This document shows positions 9,460-18,872 of a stretch of 64,000 nucleotides of DNA, piece after piece. How positions within the stretch are numbered: the first letter of the stretch is position 1; each line of letters begins with the position of its first letter. Made by a program: the position numbers and the translations under genes. Below the pieces are notes generated by a model. That model was given only the letters and a program-made list of their open reading frames with translations. It was not told the DNA's origin and ran no database searches. The DNA comes from Acidimicrobiia bacterium (lineage in GTDB: Bacteria; Actinomycetota; Acidimicrobiia; Spongiisociales; Spongiisociaceae): the NCBI GenBank assembly GCA_041576165.1, contig JBFGLM010000015.1, positions 25,327 through 89,326 on the forward strand, in the 5' to 3' direction.

Positions 9460-10121
9460 CGTTCGTCCGCCGGCGGCTCTGGGAATTCGTCGGGCCAGGC
9501 GTCGAGGACCGACTGGAAGTACGCCTTCACCTTGTCGGGCGACAGGTGGAGGGATCGCTGGATCTTGTCTACTTCGGTCTGCACCTCGATCGGGATGCGA
9601 AGCGAGTCCATCAACCGGTTGAACATTGCGAACAGGCCGCTGATCAGCGTCAGTTCGACGATCTCGGGTGGGGTGAAGTGGCGGGCCACTTCGTCATACA
9701 CGTCGTCGCGATCACGGGCGGTGTTCTCGGTGACGTGGTGCGCCCACAGGACGGCCGCCTTTTCCCTCGGACTGAGCGTGTCCGAATCCATGTATTCAGC
9801 CGATCCGATGGCTTCGATCTGTTCCCATGTGATCCCGGCCGCTTGACCAAGCGACGTGTTGTGGGCCGTTCAGTATTCACACCCGTTGAGATGGCTGGTC
9901 TTGATGACCACCATCTCTTTGATCTTGGTGGCGAGCACGCTGCCTGCCCCCTGACGCTGCAGGACGGCGTTGAAGGGCACCAGCATCTTGGCGACATGGG
10001 GCGACTGCGCCATCACCCGATACGAATGGGGAACCCGACCCAGCATGGCTTCCACCGCATCGAACAAGACCGCAACATCACCCGCTGCGTTTGCCGGGTC
10101 GATCATCTCGATGCGTGACAT
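9456..10121 (-). CDS. AhpD/carboxymuconolactone decarboxylase-like protein, probable selenoprotein (CxxU; UGA at 9870-9872)
   Basis: ORFs 9870..10163 and 9456..9791 share a frame; read-through gives SHLNGCEY-U-TAHNTSLG, the AhpD CxxC-xx-H motif with TGA at the second Cys; SECIS-like hairpin follows; RBS GGAGA before ATG 10121; 221 aa. Confidence 0.88.
9838..9855 (-). promoter_or_regulatory. Bacterial SECIS-like hairpin
   Basis: GUCGCUU-GGUC-AAGCGGC 7-bp stem with G-initiated apical loop starting 21 nt after the UGA. Confidence 0.75.
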
Positions 10122-10132
10122 GCTGTCTCCTC

Positions 10133-11500
10133 TCAACCGCTCACCACTACCTGCCGGCCCCACCCCGGCTCGCCCACCACCCCGCCGTTCGCCCAGACAT
10201 CACGACCTCGCACGATCGTACGTTCCACCGCGCCCCGGACGGTTCGACCGGCATACGGGGTCCATCCGATCTTCGAGAGAACGCCCTCGTGGCTGATCAT
10301 CCATTCCCGATCCAGATTCAGGAGCGCGATGTCGGCGTCGGCGCCCGGGGCCAGCGACCCCTTTTGGGCCAAACCGAAGATCCGGGCCGGGGCGATTGAT
10401 ACCAGGTCGACCAGCCGGTTGAACGAAATCTTGCCTCGATGACAGGCGTCGAGCAGCAACGGCAGCTGCTCTTGGATTCCCGGCGTGCCGGTGTGCGCGG
10501 CCCACGCATCGGTCCAGCCCACTTCCTTCTCCTCCCGGGTGTGAGGAGCGTGATCGGATGCCAGCAGGTCGATGGTGCCCTCCTCCATCGCCTCCCACAC
10601 CGCCTGTTGATGGTGAGGCGGGACCCAGTAAGAGAGCACATAGGAGCCCTGGGATTTGATGTCTTCCTCGGTCCCGAGAAAGAGCGTCCAGTGATTGGTT
10701 TCGCAGCTGACGTCGATCCCCCGGGCCCGAGCCCGGGCGATCATTTCGATCTGACGCCGGGTCTGCGTGTGGACGATATGCAGCCGGCACCCCGTAGCCT
10801 CGGCCAGTCGGAGCAGCGTGGCGGTAGCCGTATCCCAGATCAAGCCGTCCCCCGCAGCCAGCGTCCGGGCGTAAGCCCAGGGGCTGCGATCGCCGGCCGC
10901 CCAGAATTGCTGCTCGATCACATCCATGATGCGCTGGTCGTGGGGATGGACCATGAGACGGAGTCCGGTGCGGGCAATCGCCTCCATCGCCAGGTACAGA
11001 TCACCGTGATCGTGGACACCGATCGCAGCGGGATGCGGATATGTGCGCCCGGTGTCGACGACCATATAGATCTTGTAGGCCGCGATCCCGCGTTGTGACA
11101 GCGGGCCGATCTCGTCGATCAATTTGGCTGCCGGATTGTGGTTGTAGTCGACCAGGCTCTTCGTGGCGTACAGGGCCAACACTTCGTCGAGGTCACCAAC
11201 CGTCAAGGTCGGAGGGTCGAGATTCGGCATACCGAAAATCGTGGTGTACCCGCCTGCGGCCGCGGCCCGAGTACACGTGATCAGATCTTCCTTGTGGACG
11301 TAGCCGGGCTCGCGGGTATGAACGTGGACGTCGATACCACCCGGGATGGCGGTGAGTCCCCCGGCATCGATCTGCTCGGCTTCGCTGGGTCCGGCGCCGC
11401 GATTGACAAGACCAGCGATCGATTCGCCATCGATCACGATGTCGAGTGGCCGGAGGCGGCCGTCGATGAACACCATTGCGCCCGCAACGACACGTTTCAC
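10133..11500 (-). CDS. Dihydroorotase/allantoinase-family cyclic amidohydrolase
   Basis: PGGIDVHVHTREPG, AAAAGGYTT, MPNLDP, ASDHAPH; GTG start 11500 overlapping upstream stop. Confidence 0.9.
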   Translation of the reverse strand: MKRVVAGAMVFIDGRLRPLDIVIDGESIAGLVNRGAGPSEAEQIDAGGLTAIPGGIDVHVHTREPGYVHKEDLITCTRAAAAGGYTTIFGMPNLDPPTLTVGDLDEVLALYATKSLVDYNHNPAAKLIDEIGPLSQRGIAAYKIYMVVDTGRTYPHPAAIGVHDHGDLYLAMEAIARTGLRLMVHPHDQRIMDVIEQQFWAAGDRSPWAYARTLAAGDGLIWDTATATLLRLAEATGCRLHIVHTQTRRQIEMIARARARGIDVSCETNHWTLFLGTEEDIKSQGSYVLSYWVPPHHQQAVWEAMEEGTIDLLASDHAPHTREEKEVGWTDAWAAHTGTPGIQEQLPLLLDACHRGKISFNRLVDLVSIAPARIFGLAQKGSLAPGADADIALLNLDREWMISHEGVLSKIGWTPYAGRTVRGAVERTIVRGRDVWANGGVVGEPGWGRQVVVSG

Positions 11501-12411
11501 GGCTGAAGCGTGCCGGCGGCGGAGGCGTTGGTGGGTTGGTCGAGCCGGCGACGGATCCAATCGACCATCCGCGGGATGACCAGGTGCCCGTATGCCTGAT
11601 AGGCGGCGTAATGCGTGGTCCCGTACTGCATCACCAGACGCTTCGGGGGCGCGGCTGCGTTGTAGAGAGCCAAGGCATGGTCGGTCGGGGTGACGAGATC
11701 GCCATCAACCGCTACGACCATCAGGCCGCGAGCTGCGCCCGCATCATCGATCGGCCGATAGGAAAGGAGTTCGTCGGCGGCAGATAATGACACCTGCTTG
11801 GGAACCCGGCTATCGACGTCCTTCTTCACCGACGTGGCCCGGCGTTCGGCGGTGGGGATGACGATGTCCCCGGCGGGGTTCACCATCTCACCGGGTCCGC
11901 TTGTCCGCCGGACCCGGTCGCGGGCTAGCCAATCCAGAAATTCCTTCCACTCGGTCTCGGTGGCGCGCATGCGGCGCAACCAGTCGGCACCGTCCGCCAC
12001 GGGCACTTGGGCGATGCCCCATTGCACACGCTCGCTCGTCGCCAGCAACCGGACGGCATTGCCGCCGCCGGTGCCGCCCGAGCCGAAGACGCCAATCCGC
12101 GCATCATCGATGTCGTGGCGTCCAGCCAGGTAGTCGACGGCACTGTGCAAATCCTGCAGCTGCCGCTCCGGCGACAGCTGGGTGGGATCGCCCTGCGAAT
12201 CGCCGAATCCTCGATAGTCGAAAACCAAAACTGCCCAACCGGCCGCGAGAAAGGCTGCGTGGTACCGCTCGTATAGCCGGGCATCCTTCAGGCCGAGCCA
12301 TCCTGGTCCCTGGACGATGCCGGGATGCCGCCCCGTCCCAGCGGGTAGCCGCATGATGCCCGACAGCACGGCCCCATCCACAGCTGCGAATCGGACCAGC
12401 TCCTCCGGCAT
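11497..12411 (-). CDS. Alpha/beta hydrolase
   Basis: FDYRGFGDSQG, RIGVFGSGGTGGG (atypical nucleophile elbow), C-terminal THY. Confidence 0.8.
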   Translation of the reverse strand: MPEELVRFAAVDGAVLSGIMRLPAGTGRHPGIVQGPGWLGLKDARLYERYHAAFLAAGWAVLVFDYRGFGDSQGDPTQLSPERQLQDLHSAVDYLAGRHDIDDARIGVFGSGGTGGGNAVRLLATSERVQWGIAQVPVADGADWLRRMRATETEWKEFLDWLARDRVRRTSGPGEMVNPAGDIVIPTAERRATSVKKDVDSRVPKQVSLSAADELLSYRPIDDAGAARGLMVVAVDGDLVTPTDHALALYNAAAPPKRLVMQYGTTHYAAYQAYGHLVIPRMVDWIRRRLDQPTNASAAGTLQP

Positions 12412-13475
12412 CAGCCACCAACAACGCCGAGCTGCTCGGCCATCCAGTCGGCACTTTGCGGCCGGTACAGGTACGTCTTGTTGGAGGAGACGTGATTCCC
12501 GCCTTCGATCATGTTGAAGGTGACGGGGCCTGAAATCTCATCGGCGATCCGGGCGGCCGCTTCCGGAGGGACGATGTTGTCGCGGCTTCCGCCCATCACA
12601 TAGGCCGGCACCGTTACCAGCTCCGCCACTGCCGTGAGATCCAGCGCAGACGCCTTCGGTCGAGCCTCATCGATGTCCCGGGAATGGGAGCGGTGGATGA
12701 AAGCGGCGGCGGACAGCGCCGACACCCGGTCGAGGTCCAGCTGGTAGGGACCGGCGAGCGAGATCAGCGCTTTGATGCGGGGTTCGTAGGCGGCTGCCCT
12801 GACGACGTAATAGCCACCGAGACTGACACCCCAGGCCCCCAGCCGGTCTACGTCAAGGTCCTCCCGTGCCTCCAAAGCGTCGATGGCAGCGCCGGCAGGT
12901 TTCTCGTAATGCGGTTCAATCGGCAGGTCATATTCGGCTTCTCCCTGGCCTGGTCCGTCGATCGTGAAGGTGGCGATACCGCGGGCGAGAAAGAAGTCCT
13001 CGTTGGTCGTGAGCTCCTCCTTGGCCGAATCGAGGCCGGGAATCATGAGCAACACGGCGGGTCGATCGAGCCCCGGGGGCCTGCGGAGATTGCCGGCAAG
13101 TGTTGTGCCCGCATAGGGGAACTCGACGCGTTCGACTGCAGGCGTGAGGTGGGGATGGGCCTTGCGATGTGCCGTGACCGCCCGCTCGTGGACTTCACGC
13201 ATCACATCGGGGCGATGGACGAAGAGAAACTTTCCGAAGTGGTACTCCACTGCGGCCGTGTTGAAGTGGCGCCCAGCCGACAACAGATGGCCTGCAGCAA
13301 CTGCGATGTCACCTTCGGCTTCATGCACCGCCGCGACTTTGGACCAGGCGCCGCACCAGTCGTCCCAGCGCTCGATGCTGCCCGTGACCTCGAGGAAATC
13401 GCCGATCGGCACACCGTTCTCGACATAGCGCGGGCCCCAATATGCAACGGCTCGTTCCACCAGCTCGTCGACCAT
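12411..13475 (-). CDS. Alpha/beta hydrolase, 2,6-dihydroxypseudooxynicotine hydrolase/FrsA-like
   Basis: PGLDSAKEE, IDGPGQGE, WGVSLGGYY, GGNH; start ATG 13475 behind GGAGG. Confidence 0.85.
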   Translation of the reverse strand: MVDELVERAVAYWGPRYVENGVPIGDFLEVTGSIERWDDWCGAWSKVAAVHEAEGDIAVAAGHLLSAGRHFNTAAVEYHFGKFLFVHRPDVMREVHERAVTAHRKAHPHLTPAVERVEFPYAGTTLAGNLRRPPGLDRPAVLLMIPGLDSAKEELTTNEDFFLARGIATFTIDGPGQGEAEYDLPIEPHYEKPAGAAIDALEAREDLDVDRLGAWGVSLGGYYVVRAAAYEPRIKALISLAGPYQLDLDRVSALSAAAFIHRSHSRDIDEARPKASALDLTAVAELVTVPAYVMGGSRDNIVPPEAAARIADEISGPVTFNMIEGGNHVSSNKTYLYRPQSADWMAEQLGVVGG

Positions 13476-13508
13476 GGGGCCACCTCCCGAATCCGTGCGG
13501 CAGAGAGT

Positions 13509-13522
13509 TGCAACCGATTGCA
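13509..13522. promoter_or_regulatory. LacI-type operator copy 2 (TGCAACCGATTGCA) within a sigma70-like promoter
   Basis: Just downstream of minus-strand TTGACA (13532-13527) and upstream of the 7-gene operon starting at 13475. Confidence 0.75.
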
Positions 13523-13542
13523 GGCGTGTCAACCGACCCCGG

Positions 13543-14211
13543 TCATTCAGAGCCCAGGAACTCGAGCAGCGAAGCCCATACGTGCGCAGCCGCCGCCGGG
13601 TGGTAGCGGTCGGGACGGTGGCGATCGTGGAAAGCGTGCCGGGTGCCGGGGTACGAGACAGTCACTGCCTGCACGCTCGAATACCGCAACGCCGCAGCCA
13701 GGTCGGTGAACGTGGCATTCACCCGCTCGTCGTCTTGGGCATACACCGCCCACACCCGTGCGTGGATCGCCGGCGCCAGCGTCGGATCGGGACCGATCCC
13801 ATAGAGCAGCGCTGCCCGCTCTGGGCTCCGGCGAGTGATGAGCGTCCACCCCATCTCCGCTCCGAAGCAGAACCCGACGACCGCGTGCACCGGTTGCCGG
13901 GTGGCCATCCAGTCAAACACGCTGACGAGATCCGCCAGGTGGGTTTCGACATCGACGCCGCGCGTGGTGACCGAATCCGGGTGTTCGGCAAAGGCTGCAG
14001 AGCCGCCCAACCGGCTCAGCAAGTCTGGCGCCACCACGTCGAATCCGTGGGCTGCGAGCCCGTCACAAACCTCCAGCATGTACGGCACCAGGCCGCGGTT
14101 CTCATGGATGAACAGGACCCTGTCGGCTCCATGCCCGGTCGCCGGCCGGACCGAATACGCGTGCTCGACAGATAGTGGCAGATCTACCCAGCCTCGCCGG
14201 AGCTCGGACAT
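13543..14211 (-). CDS. Dienelactone hydrolase family protein
   Basis: IHENRGL, APDLLSR, VGFCFG nucleophile, YPGTRHAFH. Confidence 0.88.
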   Translation of the reverse strand: MSELRRGWVDLPLSVEHAYSVRPATGHGADRVLFIHENRGLVPYMLEVCDGLAAHGFDVVAPDLLSRLGGSAAFAEHPDSVTTRGVDVETHLADLVSVFDWMATRQPVHAVVGFCFGAEMGWTLITRRSPERAALLYGIGPDPTLAPAIHARVWAVYAQDDERVNATFTDLAAALRYSSVQAVTVSYPGTRHAFHDRHRPDRYHPAAAAHVWASLLEFLGSE

Positions 14212-14308
14212 GCTCCACTCACCTCCAACGGATCTTGACACCTTCCGGCAGTATTAACGACCGAGCCATCCTCTTAGGATCGACGTTCATGCCCATCGAA
14301 GGATTGAC

Positions 14309-14878
14309 ATGCGGGTGAACACCGACAAGCTGGCGGCCAACGTATGGGAAACTGCGGCGCAGTTGCGGGCCGACCCGGCGGCCGGACACGTCCACCCCGG
14401 TGTCGAGACCCAACTGATCGAAAACGTTCATGCGCGATCCGATTTCGTTCAGTACGGAAAATCCTTCTCGTTCGAGTGCGATGAGGCGGTCGAGAGAGCC
14501 GGAGACGGGGAAGCTCCCAGTCCGCTGCGCTACCTCCTGTCCGGACTCGCGTTTTGTATGCAGGTGTGGTACGCCAAAGGAGCGGCACTCGCCGGCTGCC
14601 ATCTCGAGGACCTCCAAATCGACGTTGACACCTACATGGACATGCGCGGCGAGCACCTGATCGACGACGTTCCACCGCATCCCCAGTGGATGAGAATCCA
14701 GGCCCGGGTGGCGAGCCCAAGCGATGCCGGTACCGTGCTACAGATGGTTGACGAAGCGAATGCCCGTTGCCCTGTCTACAGCCTGATCTCGCGGGCTGTG
14801 CCGATCTATGAGCACATCTGGCACAACGGCGATCTGATCCGGAACACGTTCCCCAACGGACTGGAAACCGGCGAGTGA
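14309..14878 (+). CDS. OsmC family protein
   Basis: DE...G.GEAPSPLRYLLSGLAFC...RCPV two-Cys motif. Confidence 0.82.
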   Translation: MRVNTDKLAANVWETAAQLRADPAAGHVHPGVETQLIENVHARSDFVQYGKSFSFECDEAVERAGDGEAPSPLRYLLSGLAFCMQVWYAKGAALAGCHLEDLQIDVDTYMDMRGEHLIDDVPPHPQWMRIQARVASPSDAGTVLQMVDEANARCPVYSLISRAVPIYEHIWHNGDLIRNTFPNGLETGE

Positions 14879-16062
14879 GCGGCGCACTATCCGGCGTGCG
14901 GGTGATCGAGTTGTCCCGCTACATCGCCGCCCCGGTGACGGGCAAAACACTCGGCGAGCTGGGCGCCGAAGTGATCAAGATCGAGGATCCGGAGCGGGGC
15001 GACCCGATGCGCTACTGGCAGTCGGGCGACCGAGAACACAGTCCCCAGTTCGCCGCATACAACCGGGCGAAGCAGGGCATGACCCTCAATCTGAAGTCCG
15101 ATGCCGGCAAGGAGGTCTTCCTGCGGCTGGCCGATGGGGCGGATGTGGTGGTCGAGAACTTCCGGCCGGGAGTGATGGACCGCCTCGGTCTGGGCTGGCC
15201 CAGCTTGCAGGCTCGCAACCCGCGCCTGATCTACGCAAGCATCACCGGCTTCGGCTCGAAAGGACCCTACGTCGACCGTCCGGCCTACGACACGGTGATC
15301 TCAGCCATGGGCGGTTTGTTCAGCCAGATCATGGACACCACCCACCCCCAGCCGGTGGGGCCGGCATTCTCGGACATCCTGTCGGGCACCTACGCGGCAC
15401 TCGGCGTGCTTGCGGCACTGTACGCCCGGCAGTCCACGGGGCGTGGCCAGTACGTCGACGCAACGATGCTGCGGGCCGTGTTGGGGTTCCTGGTCGAGTC
15501 GGGCTCCACTTTCCTGGATCAGCAAGACGTCAACGAGTCCACGACCCGCCAGCGACGGGCGCAGTCATACGGCATGGTCTCGTCCGACGGACTGCCTTTC
15601 ATTCTCCACATGTCGGTCCCGGAGAAGTTTTGGATCGCCACCACCGAAGCGTTCGGCCTCGAACATTTGCGGGACGACCCGCGTTTCGGTGACCGCCAGG
15701 CCCGGTACGACAACTACTTTGCGCTGGACGCCATTCTCAAAGAGCGGGCCACGACCAAGCCGCTGGATGAGTGGTTTCGGATCCTCGAGGCAGCCGACCT
15801 TCCCCATGGTCAGATCAACGGACTCGATACGGTCTTCGATGATCCCCAGGTACGAGCCCTCGATGTGGTGGAGACCATCGAGATGCCCCACGGCCAGCGG
15901 CCTCTCAGTCAGGTAGGTCCGCCGTTCCGGATGTCCGATACTCCCTTGCGGGCCACTCCCCCCGCGCCAACCCTCGGGCAGGACACGGATCGGATCCTGG
16001 ACGACCTCGGGTATTCGGTCGGCGAGATCGCAGCGATGCGGGAGAGCGGCGTCATCTCATGA
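14875..16062 (+). CDS. CaiB/BaiF family III CoA transferase
   Basis: LSGVRVIELS, LGAEVIKIE, ADVVVENFRPG, ITGFGSKGPY, PTLGQDT. Confidence 0.93.
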   Translation: MSGALSGVRVIELSRYIAAPVTGKTLGELGAEVIKIEDPERGDPMRYWQSGDREHSPQFAAYNRAKQGMTLNLKSDAGKEVFLRLADGADVVVENFRPGVMDRLGLGWPSLQARNPRLIYASITGFGSKGPYVDRPAYDTVISAMGGLFSQIMDTTHPQPVGPAFSDILSGTYAALGVLAALYARQSTGRGQYVDATMLRAVLGFLVESGSTFLDQQDVNESTTRQRRAQSYGMVSSDGLPFILHMSVPEKFWIATTEAFGLEHLRDDPRFGDRQARYDNYFALDAILKERATTKPLDEWFRILEAADLPHGQINGLDTVFDDPQVRALDVVETIEMPHGQRPLSQVGPPFRMSDTPLRATPPAPTLGQDTDRILDDLGYSVGEIAAMRESGVIS

Positions 16063-16946
16063 GTCGCGGGATCGTCGCGGTTGACATTCACACGCATCCA
16101 CAAACCGAAGAGTTCCTCGCCGCCATGGGGGCCCGCCGGCGCCAGATGGGTGAGCATTTTGGTCGCGAGCGCCTTCCGGTCAGTTTCGCCGAGCAAGCCG
16201 ACCAGTATCGGGATCGCCAGATGATGGCGGTGCTGTGCAACAGCGACGACGAAACTGTTTCCGGAGTGCCCGGCGCGCCCAACGACCTCATCGGCGACGC
16301 CGCAGCCGATCACCCTGATACTTTCATTCCGTTCGCCGGGATCGATCCCCACAAAGGCCAGGGCGCCATCGATGAGATCCGCCGCTGCCACGCCCAGTTC
16401 GGCATCAAAGGGGTGGGCGAACTGAACCCAGCCCGCCAGATCTTCCGGCCAAATGACCAGACGTTCTACCCAATCTGGGAAGCCTGCCAGGAACTCGGGC
16501 TGGTCGTGATGTTCCATATGGGGTTCGCCGGCGCGGGCGCCGGCCGACCGGGTGGCATGGGCTACAAGCTCGAGCCGCTCCGCGCCATACCTTTCTTGGA
16601 CGACGTGGCCGCGGACTTTCCCGAGCTGAACATCATCCACGCCCATCCTGGCTGGCCGTTCCACAGCGAGGCGCTGGCCGTGTGCTGGCACAAGTCCAAC
16701 GTCTACATAGATCTGTCGGGATTCGCCCCCCGCTACTTCCCCGATGAGGTCATCCACTACGCGAACTCGCTGATTCAGGATCGGGTGCTGTTCGGCACGG
16801 ACTGGCCCGTGATAGAGATCGATCGGTGGCTCGACGAGTTCGCGGAACTACCGATCAAAGACGAAGTCCGCCCCAAGATCCTGCGAGACAACGCGGCCCG
16901 CCTGCTGGGGCTGGATGTACGAGCGATATCCGGCGGTCTTGGTTGA
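16059..16946 (+). CDS. Amidohydrolase_2 protein, CouO (beta-ketoacyl-CoA hydrolase)-like
   Basis: DIHTH, FHMG, AHPGWP, HKSNVYIDLSGFAPRYFP, VLFGTDWP. Confidence 0.85.
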   Translation: MSRGIVAVDIHTHPQTEEFLAAMGARRRQMGEHFGRERLPVSFAEQADQYRDRQMMAVLCNSDDETVSGVPGAPNDLIGDAAADHPDTFIPFAGIDPHKGQGAIDEIRRCHAQFGIKGVGELNPARQIFRPNDQTFYPIWEACQELGLVVMFHMGFAGAGAGRPGGMGYKLEPLRAIPFLDDVAADFPELNIIHAHPGWPFHSEALAVCWHKSNVYIDLSGFAPRYFPDEVIHYANSLIQDRVLFGTDWPVIEIDRWLDEFAELPIKDEVRPKILRDNAARLLGLDVRAISGGLG

Positions 16947-16978
16947 AAGCGCAGGTGGCGGAGGGTACCGTTCAGCTA

Positions 16979-16992
16979 CGCAATCGTTTGCG
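16979..16992. promoter_or_regulatory. LacI-type operator copy 3 (CGCAATCGTTTGCG)
   Basis: Intergenic, 40 nt upstream of the ABC transporter operon. Confidence 0.72.
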
Positions 16993-17032
16993 GGAACCGA
17001 TACCCGCGTGAGAGAGCGAGTGGGCAAGAGGC

Positions 17033-17947
17033 ATGAGCCAGGCAGCCAGTTACGGCGCAGGTAAGCCCCTCATCGTGGCTGAGGGCATGACCGCCGGATA
17101 TGAGCTCGAACGCGAACGTAAGCTTCTCACCGCCCTGGTCAATATCACCATCACCGTCCACGAAAGCGAGTTCCTGGTCCTCGTTGGACCATCAGGGTGC
17201 GGTAAGACAACGTTCGTCAACGTCGTAGCCGGTCTGGTGAAGCCGTGGGAGGGCACCGTCACGTTTGAGGGCAAACCCATTCAGGGTACCGGCCCCAACC
17301 GCTCGATGGTCTTCCAGGACTACGCGATCATGCCGTGGCGCACCGTCCAGCAGAACGTGCTGCTGCCGTTCGAACTGCGGGACCTGGGGATCTCCAAAGA
17401 CGAGGCGCACCAGCGAGCGCGAGCCATGATCACCGACGTCGGCCTAGGCGGATTCGAGGACTCGTATCCGCATGAGCTGTCGGGCGGGATGCGTCTGCGG
17501 GTGGGTATCGCACGGGCGATGGTGACCCAGCCCAAGGTGCTGCTGGCCGACGAGCCGTTCGGCGCTTTGGACGCCATGACGCGCGAGGTGCTCCAGGCCC
17601 AGTTGGAAGCCCTGGTCATGAACGCCGGTCAAACCGTGGTATTCATCACCCACAGCATCGACGAGGCCATCGCCCTCGGCGACAGGGTGGCGGTCATCTC
17701 CCACCGGCCTGGAACCATTCGCGAGATCGTCGAAGTTGATATCCCTAGACCGCGGCTGGCCGAGGGCGAGATCACCGGGCACCCCAGGTACGGCGAGTTA
17801 CGCGAACATCTGTGGAACCTGGTCAAGGACGAAGCCTTCGGAGCGAAGGACGTAGCGGTCGATGAGGACGACGAGCACGAGACGCTGCACACAGCGGCCA
17901 AACTGAACGAGATGGGCGGGTACGCCGGAGGCGAGGTCATCCGATGA
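17033..17947 (+). CDS. ABC transporter ATP-binding protein (NitT/TauT family)
   Basis: GPSGCGKT, YPHELSGGM, LLADEPFGALD, FITHSIDEA. Confidence 0.95.
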   Translation: MSQAASYGAGKPLIVAEGMTAGYELERERKLLTALVNITITVHESEFLVLVGPSGCGKTTFVNVVAGLVKPWEGTVTFEGKPIQGTGPNRSMVFQDYAIMPWRTVQQNVLLPFELRDLGISKDEAHQRARAMITDVGLGGFEDSYPHELSGGMRLRVGIARAMVTQPKVLLADEPFGALDAMTREVLQAQLEALVMNAGQTVVFITHSIDEAIALGDRVAVISHRPGTIREIVEVDIPRPRLAEGEITGHPRYGELREHLWNLVKDEAFGAKDVAVDEDDEHETLHTAAKLNEMGGYAGGEVIR

Positions 17948-18849
17948 CACAAGCACCAGTCAAGACGACCGACGGCACCACGATCGAGTCCCAACCGCGG
18001 ATTCGCGACGCCAAATGGACGTGGTCTCGAATATGGACCCGCTACCGATTCGCCATCATCACCGTGATCAACCTCACAGTGTTCTTCTTGATCTGGCAGT
18101 GGTTCGCCACGTCGGGCCGCGTCAACCCGCTGGTCTTTCCGGCGTTTACCGACGTGTTGAGCTCGCTCAAGATCGGCTGGCTGGGTGGCGGCAACCTCGA
18201 AGGTTTCAACAACCGCATGCTCGCCGATTTCGTGATCGTTCAGAACTTCTGGGAGACGCTCAAGATCTACAGCGTGGCGATGGTGATCGCCATCGGTGTT
18301 GGCATCCCGATCGGGCTGCTCATGGGCGGCAGCAAGTGGGTCGACGCCATCATGAGTCCTTACGTGTGGACACTGTCATCGCTGCCACGCATCGCCATCT
18401 ATCCCATCCTGCTTCTCTTCCTGGGCATCGGGACCCAGGTCAAGTACGCAATCATCCTGTCGACCGCGATCTTTCCCGTGATCATCAACACGTGGGCCGG
18501 CGTGAAGACCACGGAACAATCCTTGATCAACGCCGCCAAAGTTTTCGGAGCAAAGAAACGCCAGATCTACCGCAAGGTCGTGTTGCCGTACACGTTGCCT
18601 TTCGTCGTGTCGGGTGTGCAGCTCAGCCTGAGCCGCGGCCTGATCGGAGTCGTGCTGGCCGAGTTCCTGTCGGGCGCCACGAAACTGGGCGGGATCGGAT
18701 GGCTGGTCTTTCGATCCGCCGCGGCCTTCAACGCTCCACTCACCTACGCCTCGCTCCTGAGCTTGGCGGTGTTTGCGCTAATTCTCGTGCAAGGGACGAG
18801 ATCCATGGAGGCGAGGATCGCCCCATGGCGTCAGGTCACAACGACCTGA
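17944..18849 (+). CDS. ABC transporter permease (SsuC/TauC-like)
   Basis: Multiple TM segments, LINAAKVFGA EAA loop, VVLAEF. Confidence 0.92.
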   Translation: MTQAPVKTTDGTTIESQPRIRDAKWTWSRIWTRYRFAIITVINLTVFFLIWQWFATSGRVNPLVFPAFTDVLSSLKIGWLGGGNLEGFNNRMLADFVIVQNFWETLKIYSVAMVIAIGVGIPIGLLMGGSKWVDAIMSPYVWTLSSLPRIAIYPILLLFLGIGTQVKYAIILSTAIFPVIINTWAGVKTTEQSLINAAKVFGAKKRQIYRKVVLPYTLPFVVSGVQLSLSRGLIGVVLAEFLSGATKLGGIGWLVFRSAAAFNAPLTYASLLSLAVFALILVQGTRSMEARIAPWRQVTTT

Positions 18850-18872
18850 ACCGGATGGGAGGAAGGACGATT

